A model generated the notes under the pieces. The model had not been told where the DNA came from. It searched no databases and saw only the letters and a list, made by a program, of their open reading frames with translations. A program made the position numbers and the translations under genes. Shown here piece after piece: positions 1 through 12,800 of a stretch of 64,000 bases of DNA (positions within the stretch are counted from its first letter, which is position 1; each line of letters opens with the position of its first letter). The stretch comes from Eledone cirrhosa (Eukaryota). The DNA lies in contig OZ024760.1 in the NCBI GenBank assembly GCA_964016885.1, positions 3,100,001-3,164,000 on the forward strand. Reading direction: 5' to 3'.

Positions 1-180
1 TCATCATCATCAACATCATCACCATCATCATCATTTCATCTTCATCGACATCAGCAACATCAACATCTTCATTTTATCTCAGCTTTCCATGCCGTCATGG
101 GCTGGACAGGTCTTCACAGGTCAGAGTGACCAAATATCAAGCTATAGCCATAGCTTCTAAAAATAATGGAAAAAGTTGAC

Positions 181-395
181 TGGGTTCATTGGTGTAATGG
201 TAACATACTTATCCAGCAAACGAGAGGTGTGAGTTCAATACCATGTGTGCTGATACCCATCTTTTTCCATTCAATGGGTTTATACACCCCCCATTGAGGT
301 TAACTTTGCCTTTCATCCTTACGGGGTCAATACAATAAACTACTAGTAATGTACTGAGCAATTGCTGGCCTTGTGCCAAAAGTAGAAACAGTTAT
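181..395 (+). mobile_element. tRNA-derived SINE remnant: A/B-box head plus a body shared with other SINEs in the window
   Basis: TGGTGTAATGGT and GAGTTCAATACC boxes, then GGTTAACTTTGCCTTTCATCCTTACGGGGTC, which recurs many times. Confidence 0.65.
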
Positions 396-637
396 TAGAC
401 TATGATATTTAGTTAATGTTACAGTGAAGCTTCTGTTTCTATTTTGATTCAAGAATTTTCTTTTTTCATTTGTTAAACTTTATTCATAGTTTTTATAACA
501 AAATGGTGTCAAGCTTTTGAGAAAATTCTACACAGCTTCTAAATTTTATTAAGGCATAACTGTCAACATAATATTACAAATAGAAAGAGAAAAAAAAAGA
601 AAGAAAAGCAAAAGGGAAAAGAAAAGAGAAAAAAATG

Positions 638-1772
638 CACAAGCAGGTAATACATACATCTAGGACGACATACAACATACAAGCAGGTAATACTCACATC
701 TAGAATCACATACAACATACAAGCAGGTAATACATACATCTAGGACCACATACAACATACAACATACAAGCAGGTAATACATACATCTAGAACCACATAC
801 AACATACAAGCAGCTAATACATACATCTAGAACCACATACAACATACAAGCAGGTAATACATACATCTAGGACCACATACAACATACAAGCAGGTAATAC
901 TCACATCTAGGATAACATACAACACACAAGCAGGTAATACATACATCTAGAACCACATACAACATACAAGCAGGTAATACTCACATCTAGGACCACATAC
1001 AACACACAAGCAGGTAATACATACATCTAGGACCACATACAACACACAAGCAGGTAATACATATATCTAGGACCACATACAACACACAAGCAGGTAATAC
1101 ATACATCTAGAACCACATACAACATACAAGCAGGTAATACTCACATCTAGGACCACATACAACACACAAGCAGGTAATACATACATCTAGGACCACATAC
1201 AACACACAAGCAGGTAATACATACATCTAGAACCACATACAACATACAAGCAGGTAATACTCACATCTAGGACCACATACAACACACAAGCAGGTAATAC
1301 ATACATCTAGGACCACATACAACACACAAGCAGGTAATATACACATCTAGGACCACATACAACACACCAGCAGGTAATACATACATCTAGGACCACATAC
1401 AACACACAAGCAGGTAATACATACATCTAGAACCACATACAACATACAAGCAGGTAATACTCACATCTAGGACCACATACAACACACAAGCAGGTAATAC
1501 ATACATCTAGGACCACATACAACACACAAGCAGGTAATATACACATCTAGGACCACATACAACACACCAGCAGGTAATACATACATCTAGGACCACATAC
1601 AACACACAAGCAGGTAATACATACATCTAGGACCACATACAACACACAAGCAGGTAATACATACATCTAGAACCACATACAACACACAAGCAGGTAATAT
1701 ACACATCTAGAACCACATACAATACACAAGCAAGTAATACATACATCTAGGACCACATACAACAAAAGCAGG
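638..1772. repeat. 40-bp minisatellite, about 28 copies (CAAGCAGGTAATACATACATCTAGGACCACATACAACACA)
   Basis: Visible 40-bp period with a local 3-unit (120-bp) variant cycle. Confidence 0.97.
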
Positions 1773-1963
1773 TGAAAAAGGTGGACAAATGAACTGCTGC
1801 CAAAACAAAAGATAATAATATCGCAAGGAACGCTGGGAAACCTCTCTAATAATTTTTTATGCAAGCCAGCATGCTCACAGAATTACCTTGAGTGATGGCG
1901 AGGCTGATGCACTGGAACAGCCAAGTTTTGTATTTATTTTATTTTATATTTTATATTTTGCAG

Positions 1964-2140
1964 TTACTCTCAAACTATTCCCAGGTTTATGTTGATTCTT
2001 TCAATAAACATTTACCATTTGGACTCCCATATTTAGACAAAAGTTCTGGGAAAAATTGCCTTCAATTTTCCAAATCTTTTGTCGTTGCTTATAATTCTGA
2101 ACTTCAAATGCCAAAATGGGCCTCGTCTACAATGGAAAAG
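1964..2140 (+). CDS. ENPP: ENPP exon A, start of NUC domain: [59 protein letters not shown]
   Basis: Pyrimidine tract then CAG at 1961-63; donor AAG|GTATGT at 2141. Resembles the ENPP HLPYGRP...YS..LLMPLWTSY region. An alternative in-frame acceptor ending at 1984 is possible. Confidence 0.85.
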
Positions 2141-5100
2141 GTATGTCATGTTTTGTATTGTTTTATATATATGCTTTTGATGTTTAATTTGGTTTGTGTG
2201 TATGTATACTCCCGTGTATCCAGTTTAGAATAGACACACTGTATAGCTGTGTTGTAAGAGGCAAGTAAAAGGGTTGGTATAAGAAAGGGTATCCAGCTGT
2301 AAAACATTGCCTGAAAACAGACTTTCTGTTACGGGGCCCAGAAAGCTAACCTCTACTTAAGTGGGGAAAATATAGTCTTAAAATGTTTGTTGTTGTTGTA
2401 TGTATGTCATGAGAGACAGCTAAAAGGGTTGGTGCCAGATAGGGACGCTATGATGGATATTAGGATAGCCATGGGGCCTGCCAGAATAAAGCCTGCATTA
2501 GAGGGGGAAAATGCCCTTAAAATGTTCCTTTGTTGTTGTTTTTGTGTCTGTATCTAGTTTAGAATATGTGCCACCATATGCTCCAGAACGGGCATCATCC
2601 AGCTGTAAAAGGTTTCCCCAGAAAAGACCCTATGATCAGTATGAAAACTGTCATAGGGGTTGCAAGGTTAACATTTGTCTTAATGGGGAAATTGGCCATA
2701 AAATGCTTGTTCTTGTTCTCATAGTTGTTTTCTACATTTGGGGTTCCACGGTTTCATGTGTGTATATATATATATATAGTGAAGGCGTGTGGCTGAGTGG
2801 TTAGAGAATTGGATTCGCAATCGTAAGGTTGTGAGTTTGATTCCTGGACCAGGCGATGCGTTATGTCCTTGAGCAAGGCACTTTATTTCACGTTGCTCTT
2901 TCTACCTGGAGTTGCGACTGATAGATAGTATTAGCAATTGGAAAGACTGACGGAAACATTGTTCCCTCGGTCCGATTTGACTAAAGTCGATTGTTCCTGA
3001 TATATATATATCATGGCACATGGCTATAGGAGGCACATGGCTTAGTGGTTAGAGCATTGGCCTTGCAATCGAAAGGTTGTGAGTTCAATCCTCAGACCGG
3101 GTGATGTGTTGTGTCCTTGAGCAAGACACTTTATTTCACATTGCTCCAGTTTACTCAGCTGTAGAAATGAGATGATAGGGACTGGGGTCCCTATCATTCC
3201 ACTGCAAAGTGGACGTGTAGGCGCCACGGCAAAAAAGCACCCAGCACTCACTGTAAATGAGGTTGGTGTTAGGAAGGGCATCCAGCTGTAGAATCAAGCC
3301 AGAATCAGTTCTCGTCCCACCCTTGCAAGCAGGGAAAAAGCGGACGTAAAATGAAATGATGAAAATGATGATGATCATCAGCATCACTGTTTGATGTCCA
3401 TTTTTCCACGCTGGCATGGGTTAGACGAGTTATCCTGTTGTGAACAATGCTAGGTCGGGTGACCATGTCATGCTGATATAGAACCGATTTTGGCTTGGTT
3501 TCTACAGCTTGATGCCCTTCCTCATGCCAACCTCATTTACAGTGAGGACTGGATGCAACTTTTTTTATGATGACGACAATTCTGATGATGATGACGGTAA
3601 TTATGATGATTATAATGACAATGATGATGATGATGATGATGATAATGATGACAACAATTATAATGATGATGATGATGACTGAAGCTTCAAAAACAAATAA
3701 TGATTTCTTTTTTTATTCATTTCATTTTTTTTTTATGCAATTATATTTGTATAAAATTTAGATTTGATGGATAAGAACATACGAGGCCACAGGGAGATAA
3801 AACTCCTGACATTTCAAACAATTGCAGAGAGACAGAACACCTTTTTTTTGTTGTTATTTTTCGATGTTTATTCTCTGACTCTTTTACTACTGCTAGTCAC
3901 TAGACTGTGGCCAGGCTGGAGCACTACCTTTTAGAATTTTAGTTAATTATTTATTTATTTATTTATATATTTGCACCGCTCAAAGGCGGGGGGGGGGGGG
4001 GACACGATCGAGATCTTTGGCATTATGCAGTAATATCGAAGACCTGCCTTCCCATGTGTGTGGGTTGAAGAATACATTTAGTATGCACCAACTTCCCCTC
4101 CCTGGTTTTCATGATAAATGCACCCAGTGGACTCTGTAAAGTAGTTGGTGATATGAAAGGCATCTTATTGTAGAAAGGGTTGTGAGGACTCTTCTTCAGT
4201 TGTGTCAAAGATATGACAGCCTCCTTAGAAGTTGGTGTCATGATAAAATATTCTTGGTAGTGTGAAGGATCTTCTGTAAACAAATTGAGGGCCTCATAGC
4301 CCATATGATCACTTAAGCCCCAGCCTGGCAAGAAGAAGAAGGAGGAGGAGGAGGAGAAGAAGACGATGACAACTTCTGGAAGGTTGTTGATAAAATAAAG
4401 TACCAGACAAATACTGGGGGTTGATATAATCGACTTTCCCTAAATAAAGTCTAAAGTCTGTCGCAAGCCTGGAGACTCATCAGGCCAGTGTTTGTCCACC
4501 CTTGAACAGGGTGCCAGTTCAACACAGGGTTAAACCCCCAGCTATTACTGGTACTCATTCTCACCTGAGTATACTGGAGCAATGTGAAATGAAGTGTTTT
4601 GCTTAAGAACACAACACATAATCCAGTCCAGGAATTGAACCTATGACATAATGATTGTAAGCCCAACACCCTTACCACTAGGCCACATGCCTTGACTTTC
4701 CCCTCTCCCCACATTGCAGGCCTTATGCCAAAAGTAGAAGCCGCCATCGTTGTTGTTGTTGTTGGTGTTATGGCCTTTTACCTTTCTCTTTTGGGAGGGG
4801 AGGAGTTTGATAAAATAAAGTACCAGTCACACGCTGGGGTCGATATAATCGACTTTGTCCCATTCCACAAATTGCAGACCGTGTGCCTAAATTAGAAACC
4901 ATTGCGAGTCAGACGCCCATGCTTTGCAGCAAAGAGTTACGTCCCTTTATTGTCTGAGTTCAAATCCCGCCGAGGTTAAATTTTGCCTTTCATCCTTACG
5001 GGGTCGATAAAATAAAGTACCAGTAATACACTGGGGTAATTGCTGGCCTTGTGCCAAAAAGTAGAAACAATTATTAATATTAGGGTGGTGGATTGGCAGA

Positions 5101-6519
5101 ATCGGTAGAGCGTCAGAGACTATGCGCTGCGGCATAGTTACGGCCCTTTATGTTCTGAGATCAAATCCCACCGAGGTTAGCTTTGCCTTTTGTCCTTACG
5201 GGGTCGATGAAATAAAGTACCAGTAATGCACTGGGGTTGATTTTTATCTACTTTCTCCTCCCGCCAAATTTCTGACCTTGTATCTAAATCAGAAACCATT
5301 ATTACTACCACCATGAGGGTGGTGGATTGGCAGAATCAGTCGAGCATCAAACTCTATACTTTCCAGCATAGAGTTATGTCCCTTTACGTTCTGAGTTCAA
5401 ATCCCGCCTAGGTTATCTCTGCCTTTCATCCTTACAAGATTGGTAAAATAAAGTACCAGTAATGCACTGGGGTTGATTTAATCGACTTTCTCCTCCCCCA
5501 ACCCCTATTGCTGGCATATAGTAGAAACCATTATTATTAGTGGATTGGCAGTATCGGTAGAGGGTCGGACGTCATACTTTGACGCATGGAGTTACGGCCC
5601 TTGCCATTCTGAGTTCAAATCCCGCCGAGGTTAACTTTGCCTTTCATCCTTACGGGGGTCGATAAAATAAAGTACCAGTAATGCACTGGGGTAATTGCTG
5701 GCCTTGTGCCAAAAGTAGAAACAATAGTACCAGTAATGCACTGGGTAATTGCTGGCCTTGTGCCTAAAGTAGAAACAATTATTAGGGTGGTGGGTTGGCA
5801 GTAATCGGTAGACCGTCAGACACCATGCTTAGCGGCATAAAGTTACGACCCTTTATGGTCTGTGTTCAAATCCCACCAAGGTTAACTTTGCCTTTCATCC
5901 TTACGGGGTCGATAAAATAAAGTACCAGTAATGCACTGGGATAATTGCTGGCGTTGTGCCTAAAGTAGAAACAATTATTATTATTATTATTAGGGTGGTG
6001 GGTTGGCAGTAATCGGTAGAGCGTCGGACACCATGCTTAGCGGCATAAAGTTATGACCCTTTATGGTCTGTGTTCAAATCCCACCAAGGTTAACTTTGCC
6101 TTTCATCCTTACGGGGGGGTCGATAAAATAAAGCACCAGTAATACACTGGGGTCGATTTAATAAACGTTCTCCTCCCCTCCAAATTGATGGCTTTGTGCC
6201 AATCGTATAAATCATTATTAATATTCTTTTCAATCTTTCTTGACTATGAACCATTTTAAAGGTTACAAGCTCAGCCAAGCAGCCTCATACATCACCCCTG
6301 TTCGATATCTCATCAGCTAATTGTCTGAAATATGATAACAGCACAATAAATATCACCACAGGATATCTTCTGCCTTTCAGCAAGGGTGAGTGGATTTAGT
6401 TTGTGTTTTTAATTTAGTGGAAAATACATACATATATATATATTTGCCACCATCATCACCATCACCATCACCACCATCATCATCACTATCATCACCACCA
6501 CCAGCATCATCATCATTAA

Positions 6520-6554
<35 letters not shown>

Positions 6555-6791
6555 CCGCCACCATCATCATCGACATTACCAACACCACCATCACCATCAT
6601 CATCATCATCATCAACACCACCACCACCATCACCACCACCATCATCATCATCGTCATCATCACCATCATCATCATCAACACCACCATCATCATCACTATC
6701 ATCATCATTAACATTACCATCACCATTATCAACACCACCATCATCATCATAATCATCATCATCACCATTATCATCACCATCACCATCACCC

Positions 6792-6830
<39 letters not shown>

Positions 6831-9800
6831 CTATTGTCATCAACAACTTAGGTGTAGTGTCTATCACCCTCTCCCCTTTTTCCTTTTCTTTCTTTCGTAG
6901 CCTAATAATCCTTGCCTTTTCCCTTCTTTTCCTCTCATTTATAGCATTTATAGTTCTTTCCAATATTACTCTCTTTTTCTCTATATTTAACTAAATATCT
7001 TCTTCTTCGCCCACTTATTCCTGAGAGGGTCACGTGGGCAGAGTCCTCAAACACTCCCTCCATCAGGTCCTGTCAGAAGCAACTGTCTCTAACTGATCTG
7101 GCTGGATCCCCAAGCATCACCACCCAAGCTCTTGGATGTTATCCAACCATCTTACTAGATATCTACTCTTGGGTCTCCTACCTGTTGGTTTTGCCTGTAA
7201 AATCTGTCCAGCGATTCTTTCCTGAGACATTCTAACCCCATGTCCATAGTATCAGAGCTGTGATCTCTCAATTCAGAGAAGTAGTGGCTCTACCTGGAGT
7301 GACTCTCTGATCTCCGGGCTACAAATCTGTCCAGCGATTCTTTCCTGAGACATTCTAACCCCATGTCCATAGTATCAGAGCTGTGATCTCTCAATTCAGA
7401 GAAGTAGTGCCTCTACCTGGAGTGACTCTCTGATCTCCGAGCTACAAATCTGTCCATCGATTCTTTCCTGAGACATTCTAACCCCATGTCCATAGTATCG
7501 GAGCTGTGATCTCTCAATTCAAAGAAGTAGTGGCTCTACCTGGAGTGACTCACTGATCTCCGAGCTACAAATCTGTCCAGCGATTCTTTCCTGAGAGATT
7601 CTAACCACATGTCCATAGTATCGGAGCTGTGATCTCTCAATTCAGAGAAATAGTGGCTCTACCTGGAGTGACTCTCTGATCTCCAAGCTACAAATCTGTC
7701 CAGCGATTCTTTCCTGAGACATTCTAACCACATGCCCATAGTATCGGAGCTGTGATCTCTCAATTCAGAGAAATAGTGGCTCTACCTGGAGTGACTCTCT
7801 GATCTCCAAGCTACAAATCTGTCCAGCGATTCTTTCCTGAGACATTCTAACCACATGTCCATTATATCAGAGCTGTGATCTCTCAATTCAGAGAAGTAGT
7901 GCCTCTACCTGGAGTGACTCTCTGATCTCCGAGCTACAAATCTGTCCAGCGATTCTTTCCTGAGACATTCTAACCACATGTCTGTAATATCAGAGCTGTG
8001 ATCTCTCAATTCAGAGAAGTAGCGGCTCTACCTGGAGTGACTTGGCGATCAGAGAGACTAAATATTAAATTCTCTATGTAATTTTATCCTAGAAATATAT
8101 ATTACTCTGTTACATATTCCAACTGGCAGGCTGAGGCCATGCTGGGGCACCACCATTTGAGTATTTTGAAATAAAATGACTGAAATTTTTTGAAATTTTT
8201 TTCCTTATTTTGTAGATGAACATTATACAGAGATGGCAGTCCCTATGTTTGAAGGTTTTAAGAATGGTATGAATATATGAATATTTTTACAATTATGGTT
8301 GTTGTTGTTTTGCTATTGTTGCCATTGTTAATGTTGTTGTTGTTAATGCTGTTATTTTGTTGTTGTTATTGTTGTTAATGTTGTTTCTTTGCTGTTAATG
8401 TTGCTCTGGTTGTTGTTGCTTTACTGTTATTCTTGTTGTTGTTATTGTTCTTGTTGATGTTGGTGTTGTTGGTGTTGTTGTTAATGTTGATATTGTTGTT
8501 GCTTTCTTCTTGTTGTTCTTTCTTGTTCTTGTTGCTACTGTTGATGATGATGATGATGATAAATAAAGTGCTAATACAGGAATGGTGAATTGGTAGAATT
8601 GTTAAAGTGCTGGATAACAAGCTTGCCAGTGTCAGATCTGCTTCTGTGGTGCATTCTGAGTTGAAACCCGACTGAAGTCAACTTTGCCTTTCATCCTTTC
8701 GGGGTTTGATAAAGAGAGTAGTCATGCAGAGGTGGTTGATTAGCAGAACTGTTAAAAGGTTGCCCAGGTTGCCTGGCAGTATCTGATCGGGTTCTGTGCA
8801 TTTTTCTGAGAACAAATCCTGCCTGCTTCTGCAAAGAACTGGCAGACAGTATCAGCAATGGAAAGACCAATGGAAACATTGTTTTCTTGGTCAGATCTGA
8901 CAATCTACAGACAGTATCAGCAATGGAAAGACCAATGGAAACATTGTTTTCTTGGTCTGATCTGACAATCTACAGATAGTATCAGCAATGGAAAGACCAA
9001 TGGAAACATTGTTTTCTTGGTCTGATCTGACAATCTACAGATAGTATCAGCAATGGAAAGACCAATGGAAACATTGTTTCCTTGGTCTGATCTGACAATC
9101 TACAGACAGTATCAGCAATGGAAAGACCAATGGAAACATTGTTTTCTTGGTCTGATCTGACAATCTACAGATAGTATCAGCAATGGAAAGACCAATGGAA
9201 ACATTGTTTCCTTGGTCTGATCTGACAATCTACAGACAGTATCAGCAATGGAAAGACCAATGGAAACATTGTTTTCTTGGTCTGATCTGACAATCTACAG
9301 ACAGTATCAGCAATGGAAAGACCAATGGAAACATTGTTTTCTTGGTCTGATCTGACAATCTACAGATAGTATCAGCAATGGAAAGACCAATGGAAACATT
9401 GTTTTCTTGGTCTGATCTGACAATCTACAGATAGTATCAGCAATGGAAAGACCAATGGAAACATTGTTTCCTTGGTCTGATCTGACAATCTACAGACAGT
9501 ATCAGCAATGGAAAGACCAATGGAAACATTGTTTTCTTGGTCTGATCTGACAATCTACAGATAGTATCAGCAATGGAAAGACCAATGGAAACATTGTTTC
9601 CTTGGTCTGATCTGACAATCTACAGACAGTATCAGCAATGGAAAGACCAATGGAAACATTGTTTTCTTGGTCTGATCTGACAATCTACAGACAGTATCAG
9701 CAATGGAAAGACCAATGGAAACATTGTTTTCTTGGTCTGATCTGACAATCTACAGATAGTATCAGCAATGGAAAGACCAATGGAAACATTGTTTTCTTGG

Positions 9801-12800
9801 TCTGATCTGACAATCTACAGATAGTATCAGCAATGGAAAGACCAATGGAAACATTGTTTCCTTGGTCTGATCTGACAATCTACAGACAGTATCAGCAATG
9901 GAAAGACCAATGGAAACATTGTCTCCTTGGTCAGATCTGACAATCTACAGATAGTATCAGCAATGGAAAGACCAATGGAAACATTGTTTTCTTGGTCTGA
10001 TCTGACAATCTACAGATAGTATCAGCAATGGAAAGACCAATGGAAACATTGTTTCCTTGGTCTGATCTGACAATCTACAGACAGTATCAGCAATGGAAAG
10101 ACCAATGGAAACATTGTCTCCTTGGTCAGATCTGACAATCTACAGATAGTATCAGCAATGGAAAGACCAATGGAAACATTGTTTTCTTGGTCTGATCTGA
10201 CAATCTACAGATAGTATCAGCAATGGAAAGACCAATGGAAACATTGTTTCCTTGGTCTGATCTGACAATCTACAGATAGTATCAGCAATGGAAAGACCAA
10301 TGGAAACATTGTTTCCTTGGTCTGATCTGACAATCTACAGACAGTATCAGCAATGGAAAGACCAATGGAAACATTGTCTCCTTGGTCAGATCTGACAATC
10401 TACAGATAGTATCAGCAATGGAAAGACCAATGGAAACATTGTTTCCTTGGTCTGATCTGACAATCTACAGATAGTATCAGCAATGGAAAGACCAATGGAA
10501 ACATTGTTTTCTTGGTCTGATCTGACAATCTACAGATAGTATCAGCAATGGAAAGACCAATGGAAACATTGTTTTCTTGGTCTGATCTGACAATCTACAG
10601 ATAGTATCAGCAATGGAAAGACCAATGGAAACATTGTTTTCTTGGTCTGATCTGACAATCTACAGACAGTATCAGCAATAGAAAGACCAATGGAAACATT
10701 GTTTTCTTGGTCTGATCTGACAATCTACAGACAGTATCAGCAATGGAAAAACCAATGGAAACATTGTTTTCTTGGTGTGATCTGACAATCTACAGACAGT
10801 ATCAGCAATGGAAAGACCAATGGAAACATTGTTTCCTTGGTGTGATCTGACAATCTACAGATAGTATCAGCAATGGAAAGACCAATGGAAACATTGTTTC
10901 CTTGGTGTGATCTGACAATCTACAGATAGTATCAGCAATGGAAAGACCAATGAAAACATTGTTTCCTTGGTGTGATCTGACAATCTACAGATAGTATCAG
11001 CAATGGAAAGACCAATGAAAACATTGTTTCCTTGGTGTGATCTGACAATCTACAGACAGTATCAGCAATGGAAAGACCAATGGAAACATTGTTTTCTTGG
11101 TCAGATCTGACAATCTACAGATAGTATCAGCAATAGAAAGACCAATGGAAACATTGTTTTCTTGGTCAGATCTGACAATCTACAGATAGTATCAGTAATG
11201 GAAAGACCAATGGAAACATAGTTTCCTTGGTCTGATCTGACAATCTACAGATAGTATCAGCAATAGAAAGACCAATGGAAACATTGTTTTCTTGGTCAGA
11301 TCTGACAATCTACAGATAGTATCAGTAATGGAAAGACCAATGGAAACATAGTTTCCTTGGTCTGATCTGACAATCTACAGATAGTATCAGCAATAGAAAG
11401 ACCAATGGAAACATTGTTTTCTTGGTCTGATCTGACAATCTACAGATAGTATCAGCAATGGAAAGACCAATGGAAACATTGTTTTCTTGGTCAGATCTGA
11501 CAATCTACAGATAGTATCAGCAATGGAAAGACCAATGGAAACATAGTTTTCTTGGTCTGATCTGACAATCTACAGATAGTATCAGCAATGGAAAGACCAA
11601 TGGAAACATTGTTTTCTTGGTGTGATCTGACAATCTACAGACAGTATCAGCAATGGAAAGACCAATGGAAACATTGTTTCCTTGGTCAGATCTGACAATC
11701 TACAGATAGTATCAGCAATAGAAAGACCAATGGAAACATTGTCTCCTTGGTCAGATCTGACAATCTACAGGTAGTATCAGCAATAGAAAGACCAATGGAA
11801 ACATTGTCTCCTTGGTCAGATCTGACAATCTACAGATAGTATCAGCAATAGAAAGACCAATGGAAACATTGTCTCCTTGGTCAGATCTGACAATCTACAG
11901 ACAGTATCAGCAATGGAAAGACCAATGGAAACATTGTTTCCTTGGTCAGATCTGACAATCTACAGATAGTATCAGCAATGGAAAGACCAATGGAAACATT
12001 GTTTTCTTGGTTTGATCTGACAATCTACAGATAGTATCAGTAATGGAAAGACCAATGGAAACATTGTTTCCTTGGTCTGATCTGACAATCTACAGATAGT
12101 ATCAGCAATGGAAAGACCAATGGAAACATTGTTTCCTTGGTCAGATCTGACAATCTACAGATAGTATCAGTAATGGAAAGACCAATGGAAACATTGTCTC
12201 CTTGGTCTGATCTGACAATCTACAGGTAGTATCAGCAATGGAAAGACCAATGGAAACATTGTTTTCTTGGTCAGATCTGACAATCTACAGATAGTATCAG
12301 TAATGGAAAGACCAATGGAAACATTGTTTTCTTGGTTTGATCTGACAATCTACAGACAGTATCAGTAATGGAAAGACCAATGGAAACATTGTCTCCTTGG
12401 TCTGATCTGACAATCTACAGGTAGTATCAGCAATGGAAAGACCAATGGAAACATTGTCTCCTTGGTCAGATCTGACAATCTACAGATAGTATCAGCAATG
12501 GAAAGACCAATGGAAACATTGTTTTCTTGGTCAGATCTGACAATCTACAGATAGTATCAGTAATGGAAAGACCAATGGAAACATTGTTTTCTTGGTTTGA
12601 TCTGACAATCTACAGATAGTATCAGTAATGGAAAGACCAATGGAAACATTGTTTTCTTGGTCAGATCTGACAATCTACAGATAGTATCAGCAATGGAAAG
12701 ACCAATGGAAACATTGTTTCCTTGGTCTGATCTGACAATCTACAGACAGTATCAGCAATGGAAAGACCAATGGAAACATTGTTTTCTTGGTTTGATCTGA

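Noticed and set aside
181-260. Possible tRNA gene
   Set aside because: A and B boxes are present but there is no clean cloverleaf; followed by SINE body.
660-1864. Cys/Tyr/Val-rich minus-strand ORFs
   Set aside because: Readings of the 40-bp minisatellite.
6390-6963. Poly-Ser/Pro and poly-Met ORFs (also 3567, 8375, 44276-44819, 52308-52894)
   Set aside because: Translations of microsatellites.
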